A stretch of DNA of 64,000 nucleotides from Schmidtea nova (GCA_044892505.1 CM097882.1:271374001-271438000); one strand, 5' to 3'; counted from the stretch's first letter, positions 25,663-40,304 are shown. The notes: generated by a model from the letters alone, not told the origin. A program made the numbers and translations.

Positions 25663-26836
25663 AGAGAGTGACGCGCGTTCGCGGAACGCATGAATATTGA
25701 AGTCGACCTTTTAAGTGGATTGTCCGAGAGGCAATTATTAAATGTTATTTATACCAACGTGTTTGTGAGTTAATAAATGTAATAGCTTATTTATGGTTTA
25801 GTTATTTCTATTAGATGTTGAGTATGTGTGCGAGAATTATGAATAAAAGAACCTAATTAAATAAATAAAAGGGGACATGAGTTAAACTACTAAGACCTTT
25901 TATTGGTCAAAATGAACCCGTGGGGGTAATAAAGGAATAGTTACCGCGAGGTAACTCACCTGTCCTATTAACCTATACTACTCAGTACATTACCAACGTG
26001 AGGCACAATTAGGGGCAGATCACGTGTATTCGCGTGGGGTTTATATTTTTATGTTGGCGGGATTGCCCTAATATAAACATCAATTAAATTCCACGTTAAC
26101 TTACAGGAGCTAGCCAACATATCGGTTAATATCTGTTTTCTTTCGGTGGGTTTTGAATCTTTATTTTTTTCGGGATTCTGCTTTGGTAGACTTGGTGTTA
26201 TCGGTGTTGATGAGGTTCGGTTTCAATCTAATAAGGTTATTCTTTGGAATGGTCTTTGATTTCCTGAAATTTATTTTGGATATTTTTATTGCTTCTAGGT
26301 CTTCATATTGATTGACTTGAAACGGTTAGGTTTAGTATTTTCTTTTCTGGATTTTCTTCCGAAGTCGATTTGTCTATATTCTGTTCTGACTGTTCTGATT
26401 TTCTTTTAGGTCTGGATTCATTGTTTGCTTCTTTGCGGATTACGAGCTTTATGATTCTTGATCCGTTTTTGTTTTTATATTGACATATGAGTTTATTGTA
26501 CTTCCATTACGAGTATTGATACCATGTTGATACGTATATATTGAATTGATTTCACTTTTTACAATTGATCCACTTGATTTCTTTTTACACTTCACTCTTC
26601 ACCACCTGATTGTTTGGGGTGAGAGATTTCTGGTTCCTACATTATTTGCGATTTCAAAGTATTCTGGTGTTGACTCTTGATGTTTCCAATTTTATTTTTC
26701 TTCTAATAGAGTTATTTCTTGTATTGCTGATGTTAGTTGGTTTCAAAATTTGGTTATTATTTATCTTTGTATAATGATTTCTTGTAGATCACTGAAGATT
26801 TACCTCCTCATATTAGTTAATTATATCTCTTTACTT

Positions 26837-28774
26837 TTATTTTTCTCCCTCAAGATTTTTCATGTTCTCTTGAGATTGTTTACTTGTTTTTCCAGATGAT
26901 TGATTATGTAATGTTTCCATCCGTTCACATTTCTCAACTGGTTTTGGTTTCATTGACTTGTGTATTCCTTGTCGTTTCGATCTATTGTCGCCTGATTTCT
27001 TGTTTTTGTACACTGGAACGCTAAATGTATTGGTACTATATTTGTACATACTGGCTAGTCTTCTTTGATTTGTTCTCTCTTTGAACAGTTTTGAATAATT
27101 CGATTGTTGCAATACTTTTCCATTTGTTGGTTATTATTATCTTTGAATTTGTATTTTTTCGTTTCTTTTTTTTGTTTTTGAGTTGATTTCTTTACCGATT
27201 TTGTCATAGTGATTGCGTGTTTCCTGTTTTTTCTTTAGATTCCAACAATTTCTTGCCATGTGCTCTTTTTTCCCACAGTTGTAACATCCTTGAATTCTAC
27301 AAACCTTCTTTCCATGTTTTTCTGTTCCACATTTGGTACACATTTTATTTTTGAAACAATTGCTTTCTAACTGTCCTTGTTTTTGGCAGCATTTACACCA
27401 TTCATTCCTTTTGCATATATAATCTTCCTTTGTTTCTTATTGGTCTTCATTTTCTTTCTTTTCGTTTTGATTTATGTCTTCTGTGTTTCCTGTTTGTTCT
27501 TTTCCCCCCTCGACTTCTGTCGTATCATTTATTACTGAAAGCTTGCTGTCGTTATTTTCTGTGACAAGTTGATTTATCGTTATATTTTCAATTTCTTCGA
27601 TTATTTCGCTTTTAATTATTGCTTTTTTGTCTGTTCTGTTTGGTTTCTCATTTGTATTTTTTTAGCATATTGATCCTTGGCTTATACTTTTCTTGTTGTT
27701 TCCAAAATTATTCTATCTTTTGTGCACTATTACTTCCATTTGCCATTTTCAACATATCTGCTTTTAGTAATTCTTCTTTTATTTTTCTCCAATGTTCCTT
27801 GTTGGCACAAGCCTGCAATCCTCCAAATTTGTTCCACCTGAATTCTTCCTCAGGAACTTTTCTGATTGTAAGCGTTTATGGTTCTGATTGGCAACTTACC
27901 ATCATGTTAATTCTCCATTTATTTATTTCTGGTGCCCTTTAGTTTTCTCTCGTTTTTGCAGTTTTATTTATTGTAATTTGTTCTTGTACTCTCATTAGTT
28001 GTTCTTTCTTTTCCTTGTATCGTCCTTTCATTTCCTTTCTGTTTACTGTAACGTTCTTCTGCAATTTTAGCTTTTTTTACTTGTACATCGAACCATTCTT
28101 GGCGTTGCTTTACTTGAAGTATTTCCACTGTTGATTCTTGTTCAACGCATGTAAGTTTGTTTATTTTTATATTCCATTTAGTTGTAATATCGCCTCTATT
28201 ATGGTAGTACATGTTTTTTGTATGTCGTCTGTTCTAACCTGGGATTGTCCCACACTTGAGTTTTTGGCATTTTCTTGGCAATTACTCTTTATATGTCCTT
28301 CTTGTCCATATTTATAGCAGTTCTTTCTGTTTCTTATATGCATTTGCGATGTGCCCTTTACCATTGAAATTCCAACTTTTAAGTTGTATGTAGCAATTGT
28401 TTTGATAGTTTTTTTTTGCAGTATTTGACTAAATCTCATGCTTTTGGGAATTGCTTATGTATCACGCTTTGGTTGCTCTTTGGTGGTCGTCTTGGGTGTT
28501 TTCCTTGATTATTATCTGTCGTCGTTGTTGTTTCTTCTTGTGTCACTGTAGCTCGTATTATTGATTCACTAGAATTCTCACAATCTTTGGTCGTTTCCAC
28601 TGTCTCATCTGCGATCGTGTAGCCTTTACCTTCTATCGCTTGTCTTACATCATCTAGTTGTGTTTCTTTTGTAACTTGACTGATTAGTTGTCTCTTTCCA
28701 TTCTTTTTCACAAATAATACTTTATCCAACTGTCTTAATACACTTCCGTACATGGAGTACGTTTCATTATCCAA
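26837..28774 (-). pseudogene. Degenerate retroelement gag-like region with CCHC zinc knuckles
   Basis: CYKYGQEGHIKSNC, CKCCQKQGQLESNC, CTKCGTEKHGKKVC and CYNCGKKEHMARNC, spread over broken frames. No pol nearby. Confidence 0.62.
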
Positions 28775-29101
28775 TGCTATTGTTTTATTACTTTTCCGAT
28801 TTCCTGGGTTTCTCTTGGGTCAAATTCTAAAAACTGAAATAACAGATCAACAAATTAGGACGACATAAATCATAAAATAATATTTTTATAAAACTTTCAC
28901 GTCAACAGAAGTTACATAATCAGATAAATCTTTACACATATATTTTCTTTTTGCGTCTTACTAATGAGACTGTTGGATTGGACATCTAGCAAATTTTCAG
29001 TCATGGAAGGAACTCGTTTCTACATTTGCTAAAGCAAAAGCGCGAAAAATAAAGTTTTGAAATTACATTACTTGTATAAACGAATATACCATTATATAGA
29101 T

Positions 29102-31780
29102 CAGAGCTCCGCAACCTTTTCTCACCCGCGGCACACCTAAAGACTTAAAAAAATTTCGCGGCACACCACAAACAAAAATATTTTAAAATTTACGTGATAA
29201 GAAATGCACAAGCAGAAAATGTATTTTTTTTATTCGATAAATTTATTATCACCGTTAATAAATATTTTTTATTTATAACTATAACTAATATGAACAATCA
29301 CTAATGGGATACCTGTGCTTGTTTTAAGGAACATAATAGTTTTATATTGGGCTCAATATTTGAAAGAGCAACTCGAAGTTCTTGGTCAAGGCCCTTCAAG
29401 CACGACCGCTTATCATTTTTTATTAAAACTAGAGTTGAAAAACTTTCTTCACATATGTACGTGGTTGAAAATGGGAGCAGAACTTCAATAGCCTTTTCGG
29501 AAATTCGACGATATTCTTCCTTAACCGCAATCCAAAACGTATCCAATGAAACGTCGGAAAATTTTATTCTTAGCGTCCCATCGTTCCTCAAGTCGAAAAA
29601 TTCGTCTCGAATTTCAAGGGAAAGAGCTACTGTAGAATTTTCGGCATTCGATGAAAAAGGATTTCGAATCCAATCGTATTGGTCTGTATTAATTATGTGA
29701 AAGTATTGGTGAAATTTCTGTTGTAGCAATGTTAAATGTTGTTCGGCCAAACGCAATATGATCTGCTTGTTTTTTCCTGCTTGTGCAATCCTTCCAATCG
29801 TCTGGTTGGTTCTTTGGTACATTTCTAGTGATCCTTGTTGTAACTCCGATTGCCAAAGATCAAGTTTCTGTTTGAATCCGTTCAATTTGTCGGAGCATGT
29901 CAACAAATTTTCATTTCGCCCTTACATTTTTTTATTAAGTTCATTCAGGTGTTCAAATATGTCAGCCATATAGGCAAGTTTGGTCATCCAGTGATTATCT
30001 TGTAGGAGCTTGTGTAGTTCGGGCACATTTTGATTCAATAGAAAATCACTAACCTCTTCGCGAAGCTCAAATAGTCGTGCTAGAACTTTACCTCGGGACA
30101 ACCAGCGTACTTCTGTGTGAAGTAATAAGGATTGATATTCCGATCCCATTTCTGCGCAGAGTATCCCAAAAATTCGCTAATTCAAGGCTTTTGATTTAAT
30201 TAAATTTATAATGCTGATGCATTCATTCATTGTTGCCAATAGTTCCGAAGGTAAATTTTTAACCATCAAAGCTTCTCGATGTATGCAGCAATGTGTAATT
30301 TGTATTGCCGGATTTTGTCGCTTCACACATGAGACAAACCCCTTTTTATAACCCATCATTGCCGCAGCGCCATCCGTGCAAACACTCATGCAATTGCTCC
30401 ATTGAATACCATAGGTTTTGAAGAACTCATCAGTTACTTGAAAAATTTCCTCACCGGTAGTCCGCTCTGGAACTTCTTTGCAAAACAAATAATGATCTTT
30501 TATGGACTCCTCGTCAACGAAACGTACAATACATATTAGTTGTGCTCGGTTTTTAATATCGGTTGATTCGTCAATCTGAAGAGAAAAATTATCCGTCATT
30601 TTCAATTTTGTAATTAATGTTTTTAAAATATCGCTTGACATATCATCAATACGTCTTTTAACAGTATCAGCTGATAACGAAACTTTACTGACTTCATTAA
30701 TTTCATTAGGCCCAAACATTAATCGAATAATTTCCATGCATGTTGGTTTAATAAGGGTTTCGCCAATTGTATGTGGTTTTTTCTGACGTGCAATTAATTT
30801 TGCAACGTGGTAACTAGCTTCTAACGCTTTGTCAGAAATTGTAACGGACGATCTCATAAATTGCCTCTGTTTTAAATTTTGATTTAAAAGCCGCTGAAAA
30901 TATTGTTTGTCCTTGTTGGCGCAATTGGGATGTTTTGATTTTAGATGGCGAATCAGTTTACTTGGCACCATTGCCTCGTTGGAAAGCTGTTCTCTGCAAA
31001 TTACGCATTCTGGTTTCGGAGCCGCTTCTTCACCACACCATGAAAATCCGTATTGAATATATTCTGCATTGTATTGCCTTTTCATTATCTTCGGTCTTTT
31101 TACATCATTGCTCGTGCTGGGTTCATCATCATTTGTCGATAAAGTTGAACATTCTTTACGCAAAAACTTGTCCATATTTAAAATTATATAAAGTAAATAT
31201 GAATAAAATAATTTTATTATTACACGCCAGGTACAAATATTATTAGTAATCGTAAAATATTTTAAATGTTATTTTAATTGTAATATTTATATATTAAAAA
31301 TTATTCAAATTCAATATTTAGAATTGAGCGCTAGTCAAGTTATTTAGAAAAATAATTATTTGAATACTTACATTAATTTTTATCTTCTAAATTCACAAAA
31401 TCACAGAGAGATGAGTACACTATAAAAGCTAACTTACGAATGAAAATTTAAAATCATCATCTGATTCAATAAAGTAATGGATCAGTTGTCCGAAGTCAAC
31501 GAAAACAAATTTCTCTAAAATTTCTTGTATTTATTGTTCAGGCTGTAAAACTTGGTAGCACAACATAAGACAATAAATTTAAATGTGAACAACCTGAAAT
31601 GTAATTTTTTAACCCATGTTTATTGACCGAATATTTTGTCAACAACGCAATTATTTGTAAACAAGATAGATATAAGCATAACGCACGTGTCCGTCATAAA
31701 CCCTATATTTTTTTCTCGGATAGGCATTGCGCCGCGGCACACCTAGCATCGCCTCGCGGCACACCGGTTACGGAGCTCTG
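29102..31780 (-). mobile_element. Full-length hAT/Buster DNA transposon, 2679 bp
   Basis: TIRs CAGAGCTCCGCAACC / GGTTACGGAGCTCTG (14/15). Perfect 8 bp TSD ATATAGAT with central TA. CGCGGCACACC subterminal motifs at both ends. Confidence 0.96.
29301..31175 (-). pseudogene. Buster/ZBED5-like transposase, 624 codons, two in-frame stops
   Basis: BED finger (CVIC...HLKSKH), IDESTD, CTDGA, HCCIH, EVRWLSRG and LLPFSTTYICEESFS. The three ORF pieces share one frame, split by TAG (30177) and TAA (29922). Confidence 0.93.
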
Positions 31781-32285
31781 ATATAGATTATAAATGTTCT
31801 ATTCTATTCTATTCTTCTTTCTATTGAATGCAAATGCGAATTAAATTAAAAGGCACCATAGTATTCCTTTGTGAAAGTTAATATTATTTCAATCATAGTT
31901 CCTGTGGGCGCAGGGGCGCTGTGCGACAGGTTCGTCTAGAGTGTCAAATACTCTGGCGCCAGCCCTGCAAGTATTTAGTTGCATCTGTGTGCGCACTTGT
32001 TCATTTTTTTGGGCTCGCGCCTGTGTGGGTAGATTCTTATTATTTGCGTCTGTGTTCGAGTTCGGTTTTTTGTTCGATCAATTAAATTGTAATTGGTCAA
32101 CCTTTCGTGAGATTCTGTTAATTGGAATTCTATTTTGAAACATTTGTTTATTGGAATCAATTTGAATTATTTAGTAGTTATATTTTTTTAAAAGAATTTG
32201 AAATTTGCTTGGTGGTTTTAAAATAATAAACGTTTTGGGAATCGAATTAGTGTTTTATTTTGGTCTCTATTAGTTAGAAATAAAG

Positions 32286-33990
32286 ATGATAATTTTTTCA
32301 ATCGAAAAAATAAGAGCTCTTATGGAGAAAAAGCAGTGATGAGCTGCCAAACATTTTACAACTGGTTCTATAAAACCAGAAACTAAAAATCGTTTTATTT
32401 TAATAAAATATCATTTTATTTGAATAGATTTTTATTTATTTTTTTTAAAAATTATTATAATAATTTCCAAATGATTTCATTATTTTCATTAATATATTTT
32501 TTGGCGCATTTCGAATCCTGGTATCATTAGCTGAATTGTGATTCCTCAACCAAGTTTTGACATATTCTCCAGCATTCCATGATTCAAATGGTGGTCCAAT
32601 CATATTAATACTCATTAAACTAGAAATATGTTCTACTAAAAGATTAGCTCTTCTTTTTTCACAAATAATATTCATTAATGAGAATCCTCGTTCGGCCTCT
32701 GATGAACTTATAGCAATGGTGTTAATTTTATTTTTAGCTTTTTGAATTGTTTCTATTTCAGATATTTTTCCTTCAATTACATTTTGAACATAATCTCTGA
32801 AATCATTAATGGGAATTTCGTATCTAATTATTTCATTTAAATTTTTCAATTTTTCTTCTCCCAAAATCCACGGACAAGTAATTTCTTCCAAATTCCAATC
32901 AGCTTCAAGTAAATTAAATAATTCGGCAATGTCGTTATTTTTTTCTTTTTTTGTCATTCTTATATGTCTACAATTTAACATTCGGGAATTCATTTTATCA
33001 ATTATTGTTTCAATAAATTTTTTTCCTGGGAGATTTTCAAATTTTTTATTTTCCACAAAAGGAATATCTGCAAATGCAGGTGATGACAACATTTCTTCAA
33101 CTTTTTTTCAAATGTTTAGTGAAAGAAATCTCAACGCCAACTTTGCAATGAAAATATTTTAAATTTTAAATTTATTTGTTGTTTTTATATATAGTGTCAC
33201 CTATTAATTAGGTATCAACAAAATTAATTTGTTGATTCCTAATTAACAAACGGTTCTATAAACTACAAAAAATTTAACAACCGGTTCTATAGAACCGGTG
33301 CGAACCGGCTACAGCTCATCACTGAGAAAAAGGGAAACATTCGCGATATGAGTGTCATAGCTCAAGTTGATCATGGAAAGTCTATTTTAACAGATTCGCT
33401 AGTAAATAAATCTGGTATCATAGCAGGAACTGAAACCAGCGAGGCTAGATTTACAGCCACAATAAAAGACGAACAAGAAAGATGTATAACCACAATATTT
33501 ACAGCTATTTCCATGTGCAATGAAATGGCTGAAGACAATTTGGCCACTGTCAAATTTTTTCAACCTGTAGCTTTAAGTGAAGATGGGAAAACTGACGAAA
33601 AAGGATTTCTAATAAATTTAATCGATTCTCCTTGTCACGTTGATTTCAGCAATGAAGTGGTAGCAGCATTGCGAGTTACTGATGGTACATTTGTTGTTGT
33701 GAATTGTGTTTCCGAAGTCAACGTTCCAACAGAGACCTTATTGCGACAGGCTATGGCTGAACGAATAAACCGGTGTTGTTTATGAATAAGATGGATATGG
33801 CAGTTCAAGATTTACAGAGCGAACCGAAAGATTTATATCAGAAATTTCAAAGAGTTATTTAAATTGTCAATGTTGTCATAGCACAATATGGTGAATTGGA
33901 AGGACCAATGGGAGATATTCAAGTCACACCTGAAAACGGCAATGTTAATTTCGGATCACGAATGGGCCTTTGCTGTTAAAAACTTTTGCC
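32286..33990 (+). pseudogene. EEF2: eEF2 pseudogene, 3'-truncated, split by a hAT insertion
   Basis: MIIFSIEKIRALMEKK | [61 protein letters not shown]1 and G3 motifs are mutated, frameshift near 33770, no introns visible and homology ends near 33990. Confidence 0.92.
32334..33324 (-). mobile_element. Internally deleted hAT transposon, 991 bp, retaining the transposase C-terminus (32445-33092)
   Basis: Perfect 13 bp TIR CAGTGATGAGCTG. TSD AGAAAAAG / AGAAAAGG. hAT dimerisation motif ISSSEAERGFSLMN. Confidence 0.9.
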
Positions 33991-34593
33991 GCTTCCCATT
34001 GTTATCACAGTCGAATATAACTTATATATTCCCTCCTATAATGTATAAAATCCAAACTAATATTGTTGTCATTATTTTTGTCCACTTTTTCTAACACAAA
34101 ATTTTATATTTTCTTCTTGATGATATCTATTTCTGAAAATATGTAAGCTATTCAATTTTGCATTGGAGGCTTTTCCTCCTCAGTGTATATCATATTATAC
34201 ACCAAATATGCTAGACCCGCAAGATATTTATTCTTATCTGTGGAGTTCCGGGACTGTTAGAATAATTTCTCAAATTATTCAAAATCAAATAAATTTAATA
34301 AAAAAAATTTTGAATTTATTAATTTTTTTATTAAATTTTGAATTTAATAATAAATCATGAGAATTAGAAATAAAAAAGTAATGCAAAATGCAATACTTTA
34401 TAATAAATAAAAAAACATTTAACAAAATAAACTCTAACAACAAAATTTAATTTACTAAAAAATTTTCAAATATTAACTTTATATAATAATACGAATCCTG
34501 ATAAGAGTTTATTAAAAAAATATATAATACTTTTTTTTTTGATTAAAAAATTATTACATTAAATTTGTTTAAAAATTTTAATTAATCACAAAA

Positions 34594-37500
34594 ATGACAA
34601 CTATAGCAGCAAATGAAACATTGAAAGTTATAAAAATTCACGGATATAACGGGAATTTCAAGCTTAACAAAAGTGATTTATTAACTGTTATGTACGTTGA
34701 GTCCGAGACAGTCGAAAAAATTATATGCGATCGCAAGGCAATTGTCAATTTTAAATGCAAAGTCGGAGAATTAAAACAAAAAAAGTAACAATAATCATTT
34801 TTATACAAGTCGTAACAAATCTATTTCAGTGAAATATTATGTGAGTTATCGGATTGCTTACATAGTTGCGTAATCAACGGATTCTGTGGTTTGTGCTCAT
34901 TGCCTGTTGCAATGTAATTTTACATCAAGTTAAATTTTATTTTAAATTTTATCTTTTTTATTTCAGAACAAATTCTAAAAATGGTAAAATTGAATCACAG
35001 AACTGTAACATGTATGCAATGGTGCATACCAATAAGAGTCTAGTAATAAGTGAAAAGTGTGCCATGGAAATTGCTTCCAAAGATTTGATAAAATTATTAA
35101 CCAAACGAAAACTTTCACTGTTGGTTGATTTAGACTCAACGATTTTACATACAACCAGTAAAAATGTCTCACAAAACCTAAAAGATATTTTCCACTTTGA
35201 CGTCCAATGTGATCCGAAACAGAGACCAAATTCTATGAATCTCCATACGAAATTTCGACCATTCCTGAAAGAATTTTTGAATGAGATCAATTCGTATTTT
35301 GAAATGCATATTTACACATTTGGTAACAAATCGTATGCAGCTAATATAGCAAAATATCTCGATCCAACTCAGGAGTTTTTCGGAAATAGAATTATCTCTA
35401 AAGACGATTCGTTTAATGTACAAAAGAAAAGTGATAATTTGAAATCACTTTTCCCTAAAGGTGATAACATGGTGTGCATAATAGATGATAGGTTAGACGT
35501 TTGGGATAATGCTCCGAATTGCATTCTTGTGCAGCCGTATAATTATTTCCCCGATGAAGGCGACATAAATGACCCCTTTAAAACCAAAAATATAAAAGAC
35601 GAAAACAAAAACTCAGATGACCCAGTAACTATGGAGATCAATTGTGACTTTCCGGACAATGATAGATATCTTCTGAGTTTAGTTAATATTTTGAAAAATA
35701 TTCACAGAAAATTTTTCTCTGAAATTGATGAATTAAGTCAAACTAAAACCGTAGAAGAAATAGTTTCCGCAAATGAAACGCCAGACACCAAAAAAATAAT
35801 GAAAGATATGAGATCAAAAATTTTAAAAGGATGTCTTGTAAACTTTTCAGGTATTATACCATTAAAACAAGATTTGAATGATAATTTTGAATACCAAATG
35901 TTGAACACACTCGGTGGCCAGTATGGTCATCACATTAAATTACCCTCGCTTGAACATGAGCAAGATTCTATGTAATTATTTTTATTTATATGTTATTGTT
36001 TTAAAGTTACGAAAAAACCATACAGTTCTCGAAAAACATTAGAATTATAAATTTCAATATATAACTTCCTTGCTTGAATTTATAAGATAACAAAATATAC
36101 AGTTAATATTTCAATTTTTTAACAAATATTTTTTATTATAAACTTCTATTATAATATTTGACATTATTAGTAAAATCTTTAATATATTTCACCGCTAATC
36201 AAAGATTGTCATAAAAATTAAAATTCTTTTTTCACACTACCGCATATTTGTGCATATAACATCTGCGTTTACAGATTTGTATGCGTCTTATTTAACTAAA
36301 TTTTTCTTTAATTCTATTGGCTGATTTTAAACTTTAAAAATCGATGAGTCATGACAGACTTGAATAACACCAAGACAATTTAGGCATTAATTCAAATAAC
36401 AATTAAAATGTAAACCATAAAACTGAAAATGCATGGGTGACTTGTATAATATTTTATCTGTGACTCAAAATCAACTAAGCCCTAAATTACGGTTGTAACA
36501 AGTTTGAAATTCTACAATTTTTTAACTCTTTCTATTAACTTCCAATTTCTGTTTGTTTTCTTGACAAACTTTGGATCGATTTTTAACCAACTTCCCGATA
36601 TCCAATCGATCTGAAAATTTGCGAGCAGACTCGTGGTGGCCCACAAATTATTCCATTGAAAAAATTTGAAACAATGTGATTTTTCAATTTACTGTTGCCG
36701 AGAAACTACCAAACAATGAAACAACAATAAAATTAACCGAGAACATGAGGAAAAGAAAGAGTTACATTAAAAACTTCTTTTTATTTATTATTCTATTTGA
36801 ATAATACATTTGATCCTACTATGAGATGTGTTGCGTATCCATTAAAATCTTCTTCAAACACCCAAACTTTACCGTTGCTTTCAACGAAATATATTTAAAT
36901 AATTGCCATAAAAATTACCCAAACTATTTCAAACTATTTTCCACGTCTGCCCAATTCTGTTACATTGTTAAATTTTTAATAAAGTAAAATCAAAAATTTA
37001 ATTTCTAAATTTAGAAGTGAAACGAAATTTACGACTCACCTGATTTGCAAAATTGTCGGTACCAGCAAAATGAGACAATCAGCTGAATACATTTCGGCAG
37101 TTAATAAACTGATTTCCAGCAAATCAGAAAGACTTCCCAAATCCATCCACAAAATCCACATACTCAAATATGATTGGCTGTGGCAAAGTTTTTATTTTTG
37201 GCAAAGGGTCAGCGAAAAAGATTTTACGCTCATTCAAAATCTTGAACTGTTACCGCTGCCAGATGGACATAGGGAAATGAAGTTTGTCAAGAATGTTAAT
37301 CCAAATTGTAGAAAAAGAAATCTATCAAAGACTAATGAGATTATTGCGTAATTTTGGTGAATTTTCCATTAATTTTATTATGTAACTTTATAGATTAAAA
37401 CATCAGAAATTTGACGAATGTCAACTTTCACTTGAAAATAAAGAAGATATTCCTTTTCAAGTCACTGAAGAAGATTTGAGAGCTCTTGATGATCTCTGTG

Positions 37501-37700
37501 ATGATTCCTCTGACACGAAGAGTGTAATTCTCAGTGAATCCGAAGACGAAACCAATTCTATTTCGACAGACACATGTGAAGACGACATTTTACAAGATTT
37601 AATAGGCAATACAGAAAACAACAAAATTGAAGATTTTTTCGAAGAGAACAGTAAAGGGTCTATCATTGACCTGACCGAAACTGATGAAGATAATGATTAA
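34594..37700 (+). CDS. CTDP1: RNA polymerase II CTD phosphatase FCP1: join(34594-34784, 34830-34913, 34967-35971, 37015-37347, 37394-37700)
   Basis: KLSLLVDLDSTILHT (DxDxT), KFRPFLKEFL, MHIYTFG, YLDP, RIISKD, VCIIDDRLDVW, then a BRCT domain (VNFSGIIP...THLIC...WLWQSFYFWQRVSE) and an acidic tail. All intron phases are compatible. Confidence 0.9.
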
Positions 37701-40304
37701 TCTTTTTATTTTTTTGTGTAAATATTTCAGAAAACAATTATTTATTAAAAAGATTTTAAAAGGCTGTGTAGAATGTTCACTTTTTTAAAATTATAGTTCT
37801 AATAATTATTATATTAGTAAATAGTTTTTTAAAAAGTCCCTCCTTCACTTTTTACATAAATATTAAGAAAAGTACATAACATTTCAAAATATACCAACAA
37901 CTTCAATAATGCCAGAATTCACATATAAAAGGTTAACGTACCAAAAGTAAATTTTCTATTATAAATCAAACTCACTTTGAAAGGCAGGACGATCCTGAAT
38001 GGTCTGTTAGACGGACTCAATCAGTATAAATACTGAACCGAAAATCAGTGAGATATACCGAATTTTGTGAACTAGTCTTCAGGTCGACTTTACTGATCTT
38101 GAATTATTAATTTGGAAACTTTCGTTAGAACGAACCTTTGAGGATCGATAATTAAATTTTATTTTGTTGTATTAAATGTTATATGCTCCCATGATATTAT
38201 TCAATAATATATTATTTCATAATGTTGATTTTATGACCAATTTAGTAAAGTGTCCTCTGTAGCTCACGCTGCGAGGTTTCTATCCATCTCCTAGGGGTTT
38301 CTTAGCTCCGCAAGATAATGAGTACATTTAACAACAATGCTAACATGCAACTTTGTAACAATAGATAGCTAAAATGATTTTTGATAGTTTCAGGAGGAGC
38401 ACTGTAAATAGGAGGTTTCGGTTAGAAATTCATAGATAATTTTTTAGACATCACTGCACTGGAATGCATTGGATAGTGCCAAGGGCCATAAGGTTCGTAG
38501 CTAAATGGAAATTTTATGAGGGCAGAGTATTGATGAAAGTCTAAATTCGTCTAGGAATCATGCAATACATTTCTTAGGTTGATAATAGGCTCATTCGCAT
38601 TTTATACACTATTGTCGTAAAAGGAATAATCGAATACCTGTTGGGGACCCAATTAATTATCATTAATACAAGTAAGGGAGGATTGACGAGTTGGACGGAG
38701 GCGCTTGGTTTATTTTTTACAGTAAGATAGTAAAAATTTCCTTTTGCAAATAAAACGAGAAACGTCGTCATTAGCGCAACTTTCGTAGCTCGAGGTAATG
38801 ACGAAAGGTGTGTAGGCCAGCCAGCGGTAAATGGAAAGGTCATGTGTACAATTTTCGGGATTTCAATTTAGGGAACCAAGGACGGGTAAAAAAGATTCGA
38901 CATATCTCCACCAGACAGTAGCGTATGTGGATGCAAGTCAGTCATTGAGGCGGACGTCGATAATTATTAAATTCACCTATATGGAATTTTACAGAAATGC
39001 AATAAACCTGGCTGGAAGAGAAACAAAATCAAAATACACGACGATATCAGCATTCATTCTCAATCTGGATGAGCACAAAGGACGAAATATGGCATCATGT
39101 GGGATTCATTGTCCAATTCCAATGGGATCCACGTATTCACCACAATACGCTAGTTTACTGATCATCATCAAGAACAAACTGCAGCGACTAATTTATTGGG
39201 GCTACATTTCCCAATCTGAAATCCATGCACTTGTGTTGGTGTTGCTTCGCCCTCCTTGGTCACTCCGAAAACTTCAGAAAGTGAAATTTGATAGATTATC
39301 AAAATCGATAATGCGACAAAAACCCATCCGACTTGGACTACAAATTCAACTGATTTTTGCGTGGAATTCCACGTTATGCTTCGACTAAAAAATAATCATG
39401 TTGAGTGTATCAAATATATGTCTTCTTTCTTTGTGCGAAGTTGTCCGATTTAGTGAATGAATATAGGAATTTTCAGATGATTGACTGTTACTAAGTAAAA
39501 TTTAGTTTTGTTTATAATTCTATTTAAATAAAGAGTTAACTTCATGTTGAATAGAAGTATCTATATCATTTCAGTGTGTCAAAATATCAGGGAACTCGTG
39601 ATGCAATTACAAAGGCTTGAAATACTCAGAAAGGTCATGAACGAGAGATCGAAAACTGTAAGGCTCAGGTAATCAAAATCAGTACCTGCGTCAAACTCTG
39701 TTTACGCTGGTTTAAATGAAAACAGATTAGGCTCACGGAAAGAGCCAAACGAGCCGTCACCGAAACACAATAAGAGCTCGAGGCAACATAAATAGAATTA
39801 CGAAAATTCCGTAACTCGGTCACTTGATCGTTGGTTGAGAAAGAGTTAAAGGCTTGCATCCGACCCATCACGTTGCAACAATACACCGATCAATTAAATT
39901 TGACGATTTTATTGAAAATTAAATTATTATTTTATGTCAAATTTAAAAAAAAATTTAAATAAATTTATTTTATCACAAAATGTTTACTCTAAAAATAAGA
40001 TTTTATTAATTTACTAAAATTTGATAAATTTTTATTTGGTGGGTTTTTTGATTGTCAATATAACTTTGACGTTGCCCTGGCTCCCATCAACAACTCAACA
40101 CATAAAACATTAGTCAAAACAATCTTGTTGCCCGTCACAATGTAACGTTGGTAGTGCAACAAATGGGTAGATGTATGCAAACAGTGATCGTCTATAAATC
40201 GAAAATATGATTGACCGAACATTACAGTGGGTATCAAAAATATTATATATATATATATATATATATATTATCATAATTATCTTTTTTCACCTTTGATCTT
40301 TTTT

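Noticed and set aside
35118-35145. FCP1 motif DLDST instead of DLDQT as loss of function
   Set aside because: It still fits DxDx(T/V) and the gene is otherwise intact.
38831-39388. 185-aa ORF as a gene
   Set aside because: No recognisable motif, and another frame looks more protein-like but is broken; probably decayed repeat.
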